A stretch of 64,000 nucleotides of DNA from Candidatus Latescibacterota bacterium (lineage in GTDB: Bacteria; Latescibacterota; UBA2968; UBA8231), in NCBI GenBank assembly GCA_965203355.1, contig OZ241889.1:1248001-1312000 (forward strand), in the 5' to 3' direction. Below the pieces are notes generated by a model. The model did not search any database. It saw only the letters and a program-made list of their open reading frames with translations, and was not told where the DNA came from. This document shows positions 1 through 10,019 of this stretch, piece after piece; the first letter of the stretch is position 1, and every line of letters starts with the position of its first letter. The translations under genes and the position numbers were made by a program.

Positions 1-416
1 TGCACATCGATCCGCTCGAACTTGTGGTTTTGCTTGACGACCCGCTTCATCTCGCGCTCGATCTTCTGCAAGTCTTCGGGCGTGAACGGCTCGGCCACGT
101 CGAAGTCGTAGTAGAAGCCGTCGTCAATGGCCGGGCCGATGGCCAGTTGCGCGTCTGGGAAGAGGCGCAGCACGGCCTGCGCCAACACGTGCGACATGCT
201 GTGGCGGTAGATCCAGGCGGCCTCATCGGCATGCCAGGGGATGAGCTCGACTTCTGCGTCGCGGCTGAGCGGGGTGTGGAAGTCGATGCGCTCGTCGCCG
301 GCGCGGGCGGCAATGTATTGCTTTAAGAGTTCCTTGTTCTCTTGGGCGAGGATCTCCTTGAGCGCACCCTCGCCAGCGTATTCAATGACCGGTCCTTGGG
401 GAACCTTGATCAGCAT
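1..416 (-). CDS. thrS: Threonine--tRNA ligase, N-terminal part (runs off the window)
   Basis: Manual translation from ATG 416: MLIKVPQGP...YRHSMSHVLAQAVLRLFPDAQLAIGPAIDDGFYYDFD, typical ThrRS N-terminal/editing region; SD AAGGAG upstream. Confidence 0.95.
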   Translation of the reverse strand, partial: MLIKVPQGPVIEYAGEGALKEILAQENKELLKQYIAARAGDERIDFHTPLSRDAEVELIPWHADEAAWIYRHSMSHVLAQAVLRLFPDAQLAIGPAIDDGFYYDFDVAEPFTPEDLQKIEREMKRVVKQNHKFERIDV

Positions 417-433
417 GACGTGCTCCTTGGCAT

Positions 434-470
434 AAAAAACCCCCGCTGTCATTGGAGCCGACAGCGGGGA
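434..470 (-). terminator. Intrinsic terminator (attenuator) upstream of thrS
   Basis: Perfect 10-bp stem CCCCGCUGUC/GACAGCGGGG (469-460 with 450-441), 9-nt loop, then G and U6 on the minus strand, ending about 18 nt before the thrS ATG. Confidence 0.9.
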
Positions 471-499
471 GCGGTTGCAAAATAAACTTTAGTCCGTCG

Positions 500-580
500 C
501 TATCCGGCGCACAGGATCGTCGTAGTGGTGGTGGTGGTAGCGGAAGCCGTCGGCCCCGATGCAGAAGCGACTGTAAGCAT
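500..580 (-). CDS. Thr-rich leader peptide MLTVASASGPTASATTTTTTTILCAG (26 aa)
   Basis: ATG at 580, TAG at 502-500; 9 Thr codons, 7 of them consecutive; directly upstream of the terminator and thrS. Confidence 0.88.
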   Translation of the reverse strand: MLTVASASGPTASATTTTTTTILCAG

Positions 581-586
581 GGCCAA

Positions 587-615
587 AAAATACCGGTAGC
601 GGTCTGATTGTGCAA
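587..615 (-). promoter_or_regulatory. Sigma70-like promoter for the thrS leader (predicts a leaderless start)
   Basis: TTGCAC (615-610), 17-nt spacer, TATTTT (592-587), then 6 nt to the A of the leader ATG; no SD. Confidence 0.6.
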
Positions 616-621
616 GAGCCG

Positions 622-2112
622 TTACGTCAGTTCGTAGTGGGAGCGATCGGGCCGGGGCACGGGGTGGCCGTCCTCGGTGTTGATGCTCCAGTCGGCTAGC
701 CGTAGGCGCATGGCGGCCAGGGCGTCGCGGTGTTGCTCTTCGTCGATCACATTGACCCATTCGTTTGGGTCGGCGCCGAGGTCGTAGAGTTCGTCGCGGT
801 CTCCCATGGGGTCGTGGACGTATTTCCATTCGCGGGTGCGGACCATTTTGCACCGGCCGGCGGCCTCGCGCCACTGCAAGGTATCAATCAAGGTTTTGCG
901 GCCCCAAGGTTGAGGCAACTTTGCCAAATCGGCCAGGGTAAAGAGCGGCCCCCCACAGCCATATTCGGAAAAGGTCGCGTCTCGGGGGGCCGCGTCGGTT
1001 GCGGTGGGCAGCGGCGTTCCGTGCATTGAGCGCGGTTGTGCCATCCCCTGCAAGTGCAACAGCGTCGGCACCACGTCAATTAGGTTGGCCATGCTTTGGT
1101 CGCGCACACCAGCGGCGACCTGTCCGGGCCAAGAGACGATCAGCGGCACCCGCGTCAAGCTGTCGTAGAAGACCCCGCCCTTGCACTGCATGGCGTGTTC
1201 GCCCATAAAGTCGCCGTGATCCGAACAAAAGACCACAATCGTCTGCTCCCGCAGCCCCAGTTCGTCGAGCTTGTCGAGGATTTGGCCGAGCGCGTCGTCG
1301 ATAAAGCGCACCATGCCAAAGTACGAGGCCATGACGCCGTAGAGGTCTTCGCTGGGGTCGCGGCGCACTCCCAGCATTTGATAGAGCGCTCGGTTGCGCT
1401 CGGGCGCGCGCGCGTCGTCGAATTCGCCATCGCGCCACCGGGGCAGGTCAATGGCCGAAGGCGGGAACAAGGATGCGTACTCGGCCGGGCACAGCCACGG
1501 CTCGTGCGGGTCGGGAAAGGAGACCCACAGGGCAAAGGGCTGGTCTTGGTGCTTCTCGATAAAGCGCGTCGTCTGCCCGGCGATCAGGCCGGTAGAGTGG
1601 TCTTCCAACGGCAGGTCGGAGGTACCGTAGCTGAAGCGGGGGTTCTGGTGGGCGAGCTGGCGATGCTCGGCGGCGACCTTGCGGCGGCCTGCTGCGGGCC
1701 GGAACCAGTCCATGCCGCGCGTCTGCGGCCCCTCGTCGCGCCCACCGTGAGTAAAGGCATTCCACACGTCGAAGAGCGCCAAATCTTCTTCCCGCTCAAA
1801 GCAGTGGTTTTTGCCGATCAGGCCCGTGGCGTAGCCGGCCCTTTTCCATAGCTGCCAAGCGTGCGTGGCACCGGCGGGCATCAAGGTTTGATTGCGTCGG
1901 CCGCCGTGCGAGTGGGGAAACTGCGAGGTCCAAAACGAGATGCGCGCTGGCACGCAGAGCGGGTGCGGGGTGATTGCGTTTTCAAAGAGTACGCCGTCGG
2001 CGGCGAGGCGTTCCATGGACGGGGTTCGGCAGAAGGTGTTGCCGTAGAGATGGCTGGCCGTGGCGCGTTGTTGATCGGTCATTATGACGAGGATGTTGGG
2101 GCGGTCGGTCAT
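622..2112 (-). CDS. Sulfatase (formylglycine-dependent family)
   Basis: RPNILVIMTDQQR, CVPARISFWT (CxPxR), GKNH, SDHGD motifs. Confidence 0.93.
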   Translation of the reverse strand: MTDRPNILVIMTDQQRATASHLYGNTFCRTPSMERLAADGVLFENAITPHPLCVPARISFWTSQFPHSHGGRRNQTLMPAGATHAWQLWKRAGYATGLIGKNHCFEREEDLALFDVWNAFTHGGRDEGPQTRGMDWFRPAAGRRKVAAEHRQLAHQNPRFSYGTSDLPLEDHSTGLIAGQTTRFIEKHQDQPFALWVSFPDPHEPWLCPAEYASLFPPSAIDLPRWRDGEFDDARAPERNRALYQMLGVRRDPSEDLYGVMASYFGMVRFIDDALGQILDKLDELGLREQTIVVFCSDHGDFMGEHAMQCKGGVFYDSLTRVPLIVSWPGQVAAGVRDQSMANLIDVVPTLLHLQGMAQPRSMHGTPLPTATDAAPRDATFSEYGCGGPLFTLADLAKLPQPWGRKTLIDTLQWREAAGRCKMVRTREWKYVHDPMGDRDELYDLGADPNEWVNVIDEEQHRDALAAMRLRLADWSINTEDGHPVPRPDRSHYELT

Positions 2113-2133
2113 GGTGGGTTCCTTGTGGTGAGC

Positions 2134-2326
2134 TCAGAATAGGTGCTGCTGAGGGTCAGCCGGGATTGGGAACACCCCGACAATGACCCATGGATTAGGG
2201 GCGACTTGGTGAAATCGCTGTGTCGTTCCGAGAAAAAAGTGAAGGTCGGTCTTCAGGAATGTGTCGAAGTACTTTCGGATAGGTCTTAACAGCGACGAGG
2301 ATGCGTTGTTTTTCCGTAATTGTCAT
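2134..2326 (-). pseudogene. Internally deleted remnant of a conserved hypothetical gene coupled to DUF488
   Basis: ATGA overlap with the DUF488 stop; N-terminus MTITEKQRILVAVKTYP joined out of frame to a C-terminus KYFDTFLKTDLHFFLGTTQRFHQVAPNPWVIVGVFPIP...stop. Confidence 0.65.
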
Positions 2327-3315
2327 AAATGTATCACGGTGTAACTCTGCTCTACAGTATGGTATCGTGCGGCTTGAGCAAACAGATCTTTCTGGTCAAG
2401 TATCCGGCAGAGCGCGTCGGCGACACCGTGCCGATGGCATTGGTCGGCCTCATGTTCGTAACAGGTGAGCGCGACAGATTCGCCCAATCTCAGCCAAGCG
2501 CAGATTTTTGCCAAAGCATCGCCCTGTTTCGGAAGGCTTTTGCGCTCGTATGTCCTGAAAAGAGCGTCGAAATCTGCTTGGGATTCTAAGCCCCGGCGTT
2601 GCCGTGATTCAATTCCGAGTTCGGGCAGGTGTTCGTAGCGAATGCCGACTCCATCGCCTGCCTTGGCAAGTGTTTTTTTAGAAAAGCCGTATTTGCGGCT
2701 GATGGCGTTCTGTCGAACATCGCAAAGGACGGTCACGCTTGCTTGGAGTAACGCATTGAGATAGCGCTCTAAAGTTCTTCCCTCGTACCCGATAGTCAAA
2801 AGCCGAGATGGGGTTCCTGCCGGGTGAGCGGACTTGATGCGATTGAGCGCGGCTTCATCGCTTTTGAGCACCTGCTTGGCAATGGTACTGTGGATCGCGT
2901 AATAAGGATGCTTGCGATAGGTTTCTGCGATGAGTGCCTCGCCTCGTAGCCTGTGGTAGCGCCGCGCAAATACGCGCATCGAATCGTCTTGGTTTTCGCG
3001 GGCGATGCGCTTGCCCTTCTCAGTGAGTATCCAATGCTGGTGATCGTCGATCAGCAGACCGCAATTGACGAGGCGGCGGCGGTCTGCATAGCACGTGAAC
3101 GAGCAAGCTCCATATTGGTAGGGCACGAATTCGTAGGGACTTGTTTGGTCGGAGGGGAACAACTCCTTGCAGTAGAGGAATAAGAGTTTCTGGAAGTCTC
3201 GGTTGCCCGTGTTGCCCCCAAGCACGTCAAGCAGTGCGAGGAGCAGCCGCTGGCGCGAGTACAGTCGGAATGTCCCTTTTTTATTAACTGCTTGAACTGG
3301 AGTTTTCATAGTCAA
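2323..3315 (-). CDS. DUF488 family protein with N-terminal winged-helix-like extension
   Basis: LLTIGYEGR, LCDVRQNAISRKYGFSK, YEHLPELG, CYEHEADQCHRH; N-terminal FQKLLFL...YEFVPYQYG. Confidence 0.85.
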   Translation of the reverse strand: MTMKTPVQAVNKKGTFRLYSRQRLLLALLDVLGGNTGNRDFQKLLFLYCKELFPSDQTSPYEFVPYQYGACSFTCYADRRRLVNCGLLIDDHQHWILTEKGKRIARENQDDSMRVFARRYHRLRGEALIAETYRKHPYYAIHSTIAKQVLKSDEAALNRIKSAHPAGTPSRLLTIGYEGRTLERYLNALLQASVTVLCDVRQNAISRKYGFSKKTLAKAGDGVGIRYEHLPELGIESRQRRGLESQADFDALFRTYERKSLPKQGDALAKICAWLRLGESVALTCYEHEADQCHRHGVADALCRILDQKDLFAQAARYHTVEQSYTVIHL

Positions 3316-3390
3316 GTGGCTATTGATTAGTCGACCTTGTTTAGTTACGCCTAGCGATTTTTCCCTGTCAACAGCCTCTTTGCCTATCCT

Positions 3391-4261
3391 CTACCGTTCC
3401 CACAATTCGCTCAGCGGCACGGCGAGTATGCGCTCACCGGCTAGCGGGAGCAGGTCGCGGCCGGTGTAGAGCAGTACCCCAAACTCGAAATGCTCACCGC
3501 AGCGATGGGCCAGCCGAACAAGCCCTTGCCCGTCTTTGGAAGTGAGGGCGCTGGTGGCCTTGACCTCAATGCCCCAAGTCTTCTGGCCCCGCGTAAGGAC
3601 TACATCGACCTCCACCTGATCCTTGTCGCGATAGTGCCAAAAACGCAGGTCCGGCTCTGTCCAGGTGGCTTGGGCTATGAGTTGCTGCACCACAAAGGAC
3701 TCCAATAGATGCCCCATGCGGTCCCGATGGTTGAGCCAATCGGCCGCAGTCAGGTCTGCGAGGGTCGCCGCTAGCCCGCTGTCGAGCAGATGGATCTTTG
3801 GCGTTTTGACGAGCCGTTTGGCCGGGTTGCGGTGCCATGCGGGCAGGCGTCGAACCAGAAAGAGCCGTTCAAGCACGGCGATATAGTGGTCCCGCCAGAG
3901 ATTCGGTAACGGTCGGCACCAGCAATAGATTGGCCGAGCCGGTCAGCAGAAAACGCCCGGGGCGGCGGTCTTGGTCTACGGCGCGTTTGATGGCCGAGAG
4001 CAGTGCTGGCACTCGTTGTACCTCGTCCAAGGTCACCGCCTCTGGCAGGTTGGCGACCAAACCGTCTGGGTCGGCCCCAGCGGTCTGATAGTAGTTGTGC
4101 TCGTCTAAGCTGATGAACGCCCGGTCCGGCGCGAGTTGCCGCACAAGCGTAGTTTTCCCACTCTGCCGTGGCCCAAGCAGACAGACCACTGAGGTATCTG
4201 CCAGAGCCTCTCGGAGAACGGGTGTCAGAGAGCGGGGAAACAGGGAATGGTCGGCGTCCAT
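3391..4261 (-). pseudogene. AAA ATPase + DUF4143 protein, split by an internal deletion/frameshift
   Basis: Walker A GPRQSGKTT, LDEVQR, LTGSA, ESLAG in one frame; HYIAVLERLF...KIHLLDSG...EVDVVL...IEVKA in another; junction near 3885; about 300 aa total versus about 400 typical. Confidence 0.85.
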
Positions 4262-4312
4262 TTGTCGATTGAAAGAGCGTCCAATTGTCGGTTGAAAGAG
4301 CGTCCAATTGTC
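4254..4312. repeat. 23-bp tandem repeat (about 2.5 copies)
   Basis: GCGTCCA(A/T)TTGTCG(A/G)TTGAAAGA units starting at 4254, 4277 and 4300. Confidence 0.9.
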
Positions 4313-4439
4313 TAATGACAATCTGGGGAAAGAGGACGCGGCGAGCAAGATGGATAATTGAACTATAAACTCCGTTGCGATTTTTCTATGCGATTCGACC
4401 CGCATCCTCCAGTTTGCGCTCGTCGGCCAGCGGGAGCCG

Positions 4440-6074
<1,635 letters not shown>

Positions 6075-6091
6075 AAATGGCGCTCCTTGTG

Positions 6092-7141
6092 CTAAACGCT
6101 TGGGAGGATGGCTCCGACCCGCTGAGCGCAATCGAGGATTTGTCGCCAAGTTGCTTCCTCGATGGCTACGCCAGCTTGGCGTCGCTGTCGCTCGCGCTTT
6201 TCCAATTCTCCGGGCAGCAGGATGGCATCGACGCCGTCGGCCTTGGGCGAAGCCCGCAAATAGTCCGCAAAAGCGCGCACTTGGGCCGAGTACTCGGCGA
6301 ATGGCTGGAAGCACGCAATGTCGATGACCAGCAGGAAGCAGCCGTTGCCGATCCGCGCCTTTCGGCTCCGCGCACAGCCCGCCCCGCTCAGCGCCCCGCC
6401 CAACAGCTCAACCACCACCCCGAGTCCGTAGCCCTTGTGGCCCATGAGGCCGCCAAAGGGCAAGAGGCTGCCGCGCGGTTCGTCGTAAAAATCCGCCGGA
6501 TCGGTCGATGGCCGGCCAGCCGCGTCGATGATCCATCCTGCGGGAACGGGTTCGCCGCGGTTGCGCTTGACCCGCACCTTGCCCTCGGCTACTAGGCTGG
6601 TCGTGATATCCAGCACGAGGGCGTCGCCCGCTCCGTCGGGCCAGCCGCCCGCCAGCGGGTTGGTGCCCAAGCGACCGGCGATGCCACCCCAAGGAGCCAC
6701 GCTGGCGCCGCCGCCGTGCGAGTTGGCGCAGAGTAGGCCGATCATGTTGGCGGCGGCGACGCGCTCCACATAGCTGCCGAGGCGACCGATGTGGTTGGCG
6801 TTTTTGACGGTTATGGCCGCGACCCCGCTGTTGCCGGCGCGCTCTAAGCCCATTTCCACGGCTTGATTCATCGCGACTTGCCCAAATCCCCAGTGCCCGT
6901 CGAGCACGGCCGCAGCCGGGGTCTGGCGCACGACTTCGACCTCGGCGTGGGGAACGATCTCGCCCTTTTCGATGGTGCTTATGTATTGGGGAATGCGGAT
7001 GACGCCGTGCGAGTCGTGCCCCACGGCATTGGCGTCGGCCAGCAGCTTGGCGACGACCTCGGCGGCCGGGGGTGGCGCACCGGCCGCCGCGAAAATGGCG
7101 GTGCTGACTTGGCGCAAGTGGTCGATGGAAAATACGGGCAT
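6092..7141 (-). CDS. Ldh_2 (malate/L-lactate dehydrogenase-like) oxidoreductase
   Basis: GHDSHG, DGHWGFGQ, NHIGRLG, GTNPLA, GHKGYGL. Confidence 0.92.
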   Translation of the reverse strand: MPVFSIDHLRQVSTAIFAAAGAPPPAAEVVAKLLADANAVGHDSHGVIRIPQYISTIEKGEIVPHAEVEVVRQTPAAAVLDGHWGFGQVAMNQAVEMGLERAGNSGVAAITVKNANHIGRLGSYVERVAAANMIGLLCANSHGGGASVAPWGGIAGRLGTNPLAGGWPDGAGDALVLDITTSLVAEGKVRVKRNRGEPVPAGWIIDAAGRPSTDPADFYDEPRGSLLPFGGLMGHKGYGLGVVVELLGGALSGAGCARSRKARIGNGCFLLVIDIACFQPFAEYSAQVRAFADYLRASPKADGVDAILLPGELEKRERQRRQAGVAIEEATWRQILDCAQRVGAILPSV

Positions 7142-7143
7142 AG

Positions 7144-7622
7144 TTATTGGGCGATTGACGATGCTAGCACGGCTAGCAGGTCTTGCGCCTGCTGCGCCGA
7201 GAGTTTGGCGCGCTGTCGGCCGGACTCAGCCAGATGGTATGCCCCAAGGGCTGCTCGGGGCCGCGCAGGAAAATTTTTAAGTGATCGTAGTAAAACATCG
7301 CGTCCCGGCGCGCGCCGGATGGGCCGCGCCATTCGCTTTGGTCCGGGGGAATCTGCTGGGCATCTAGGGTATCGTCGACGACTGCGGCCGCCACGTACAC
7401 GCAGTCGGCGTCCCACATCAGGTAGAGGTCGGCTTCGTGATCGGCCGGGCCGGTAAAAGCCCCGCGGACGCCCACGCGATCGCCTCCGGGGACTAGGCCG
7501 ATGCGCTCGGGTGCCCCCCACTCGACCAGTATGCCATCGAGCGTTGGCTTGGGATTGATCGGCTCGGCGCCGACTCCCGCGGCCATCAGGTATGCCCACG
7601 CGCCCCAGGCAGTGCGCGGCAT
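7144..7622 (-). pseudogene. Probable truncated secreted CBM9/DOMON-like sugar-binding protein
   Basis: TGATG coupling to the upstream gene; signal-like N-terminus, PTLDGILVEW...LYLMWDADCVYVAAAVVDD; frame ends in a basic tail while another frame runs to the stop at 7144. Confidence 0.45.
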
Positions 7623-8164
7623 CACTCGTCTTGGCGCAAGGAAGAGACAGCCCAAGCCGCGTCTGGATCGTCCATGGCCACGGCGCGCACGCCGCCCGGC
7701 ACAAACGACAACAGGTCCTCGTAGCTAGCCTGCCGCCGAGCGTCGGGATAGAGCCAATCGTGTAGGTAATACACCGCGTGTATCTTGGCTTGGAGGATTT
7801 CTTTGGCACAGCCAAAACAAGGCCGCATCGTCGAATACAGCCGCGCTCCTTCGGTGGCGATCCCAAAGCGGGCCGCCGACAACAGTGCGTTCTGCTCGGC
7901 GTGGACGCAGATGCACAAATCGTAGTCCTTGCCCGAAGCGTACTGGTCGCGGTGGGCGCAGCGATCGCACCCGCCGTCGAGACAGTTGACCATGTTGTGC
8001 GGGGTGCCGTTGTACCCGGTTGAAATGATCCGGTCGTTTTGCACCAAAATGGCCCCGATGCGGTTGCCCGTGCAGTTGGCACGCGTCCGGACGGCCATGG
8101 CGATGCGCATGTAGTACTCGTCCCAATCGGGCCGCTCGGATAGGGCGATTTCCTTCCGCGACAT
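7622..8164 (-). CDS. dCMP deaminase / ComEB family
   Basis: RPDWDEYYM, TGYNGTP, HAEQNA, PCFGC zinc motifs. Confidence 0.93.
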   Translation of the reverse strand: MSRKEIALSERPDWDEYYMRIAMAVRTRANCTGNRIGAILVQNDRIISTGYNGTPHNMVNCLDGGCDRCAHRDQYASGKDYDLCICVHAEQNALLSAARFGIATEGARLYSTMRPCFGCAKEILQAKIHAVYYLHDWLYPDARRQASYEDLLSFVPGGVRAVAMDDPDAAWAVSSLRQDE

Positions 8165-8247
8165 AATGGCTCAATCACCTGCTAGCTATTTCGTGCGGAT
8201 CGTGCGGAATGCGGGTTGGTGGGGGAATAGTACGCCCGCTGCTGCAA

Positions 8248-8410
8248 CAGGTCAACCGCCGCGCGCGGTCTGCCGGAGCAGTGGCCAGGTCAACCGCCGC
8301 ATGCGGTCTGCCGAGGGCCGCGCGAATTGAAACCCGGCGCGGTCCGCCGGACGGCAAGGTGCTCGACGCGGATGCGACGATCGGTCAACCGCCGTGTGTG
8401 CGGTCCGCCG
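8248..8410. repeat. Three copies plus one partial copy of a ~28-bp palindromic repeat
   Basis: GGTCAACCGCCGyryGCGGTCyGCCG-like units at 8248-8275, 8286-8313, 8383-8410, partial at 8337-8349; internal ACCGC/GCGGT stem. Confidence 0.8.
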
Positions 8411-8422
8411 CCTTCTGCCCGT

Positions 8423-8450
8423 TTGACATTCAGCGGCTCGCTGGTATAAT
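8423..8450 (+). promoter_or_regulatory. Consensus sigma70 promoter
   Basis: TTGACA (8423-8428), 16-nt spacer, extended TGn-TATAAT (8445-8450). Confidence 0.8.
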
Positions 8451-8604
8451 TGGCCTCCCGCATCGCTTTGCTCGGGTCCGCTGCCATGGCCCAAGGCGGT
8501 CGCGCCAGAAGACGCGCAGCTTGGCCCTCGGCGAGGTTGCAAATCAACGACCCACTCGGCGGCCAGCCATGCTGCCCGTCCTAACCCTGATAAGGAACTT
8601 GGCT

Positions 8605-9738
8605 ATGCACGAAGTGCCGAAAGGGAAAATTACTTGTATTGAAAAATGCGTGTTGCGCGGGACCCGGCCGCGCTACATCGGCTTCAACGCCCGCATTCCC
8701 GCGCACGGCGCGCAGATCGCGGACCCGGTCGTCCGAATTTGCACGGATGGCGGGGCTTGGGGCTTGGGTTGGTCTCGCATTGGCGAGGACGAGGCGCGTG
8801 CGCTGCTCGGCCAGGAGATCGGCGATCTCTTCCAACTCCCGGACGGTTGCCGACCCGCCGGCCGCAACCTCGATCTGCCGCTGTGGGATTTGGTGGCGCG
8901 GATGATGGGTTTGCCGCTGTATCGCTTGCTCGGTGCCCGCGGCAAACGCGCGGTCGAAGTGTACGACGGCTCGATCTATATCGACGATTTGGACGCCACC
9001 GACGAGGAACAGGTCAAAGACATTTTCCGCGGCGAAGTCGCCACCGGCCACGAGCACGGTTATTTGCACTTCAAGATCAAGGTCGGTCGCGGCGCACGCT
9101 GGATGCCCACGGACGCGGGCCTCAAGCGCGACGAGCTGGTCATTCGCACGGTGCGCGAAGCCGCTGGTCCGCAGGCCAAGGTGCTCATTGACGCGAACAT
9201 GGGCAATACGCTCAACACGGCGATAGCCCTGTTGGACGCCTGCGCGGATGTGGGCATCTACTGGTTTGAGGAGCCTTTTGCCGAAGATGCTCCGCTCAAC
9301 CAAGCGCTCAAGGAACACATCGTCGCCCATGACTGGGACACGCTGGTGGCCGACGGGGAATTTTCGCCGCCGCCGTATTTTTTTGACTTGGTGGAGAAGG
9401 GGTTTATCGACGTGGTGCAGCACGATTTTCGCGCTATGGGGTTGACGTGGTGGCGGAGCACGTCGGCGCGGCTGGAGCAGTGGAACGCGCTCTGTGCTCC
9501 CCACTGCTGGGGGTCGTACATTGAGCGCTTTCACCACGCCCATTTCGCCGCTTCCATCCCCAACTTCTGCCTGCTCGAAGCCGCACCGGCTACCATGCCT
9601 GGGCTGATCACCGATGGCTGGCAACTCGCCGACTCCATTCTGCGCGTACCCGACACACCCGGCGCGGGTCTCGACATTGAGCCGCACGTCTTCGCCCGGG
9701 GAATGGCGGATCGAGAGGGGTTTAGGGTGGTGCTTTGA
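8605..9738 (+). CDS. Mandelate racemase/muconate lactonizing enzyme (enolase superfamily)
   Basis: DLPLWDL, FKIKVG, IDAN, WFEEP, ADGE, APH; SD AAGGA before ATG 8605. Confidence 0.88.
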   Translation: MHEVPKGKITCIEKCVLRGTRPRYIGFNARIPAHGAQIADPVVRICTDGGAWGLGWSRIGEDEARALLGQEIGDLFQLPDGCRPAGRNLDLPLWDLVARMMGLPLYRLLGARGKRAVEVYDGSIYIDDLDATDEEQVKDIFRGEVATGHEHGYLHFKIKVGRGARWMPTDAGLKRDELVIRTVREAAGPQAKVLIDANMGNTLNTAIALLDACADVGIYWFEEPFAEDAPLNQALKEHIVAHDWDTLVADGEFSPPPYFFDLVEKGFIDVVQHDFRAMGLTWWRSTSARLEQWNALCAPHCWGSYIERFHHAHFAASIPNFCLLEAAPATMPGLITDGWQLADSILRVPDTPGAGLDIEPHVFARGMADREGFRVVL

Positions 9739-9759
9739 GCATTAAAATAAAGTGTGGTT

Positions 9760-9950
9760 AAAGCCCCGGTCGAGCGCGATCCAAAGACCCTTTGCCGATT
9801 TCGTTCTACGAGAATGAGCCGGATTTCAACCGCTTCCACCAAAGTCGCCAGGCCCGAGGACTCAATCCAGACCTGCGCGGCGTCGAGAGCGAGCTATGGC
9901 TCATTCAGCGGAAGCAACGGCCTTTGCCGTTTGTTTCGCGGTCACCTTCA
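9760..9950 (-). pseudogene. Possible decayed STAS (anti-anti-sigma) gene fragment
   Basis: Frame reads LALDAAQVWIESSGLATLVEA, resembling the STAS DSSGL motif; no intact start. Confidence 0.3.
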
Positions 9951-10019
9951 AGCTCTGTCCAGCTATTCCGCCTTTGGCTTGTCGATTTACTCGGCTGGCA
10001 TACTGTCGCTACATTCCAT

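Noticed and set aside
417-620. T-box riboswitch upstream of thrS
   Set aside because: No UGGNACC T-box motif or stem I seen; the leader-peptide model explains the region
500-874. 124-aa ORF from the track
   Set aside because: Mostly an off-frame overlap of the sulfatase 3' end; only the last 26 codons from ATG 580 are credible
8248-8410. Mini CRISPR array
   Set aside because: Spacing irregular (10 to about 70 nt), repeats degenerate, no cas genes in the window
8457-8604. SRP RNA or ZTP/c-di-GMP riboswitch
   Set aside because: Conserved core motifs of these RNAs were not found by eye
8209-8604. Long N-terminal extensions in track ORFs (this one, also 4440..6314, 21083.., ..25095, 26350.., 57327..)
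   Set aside because: They overlap neighbouring genes or promoters; better starts with SD or translational coupling lie downstream
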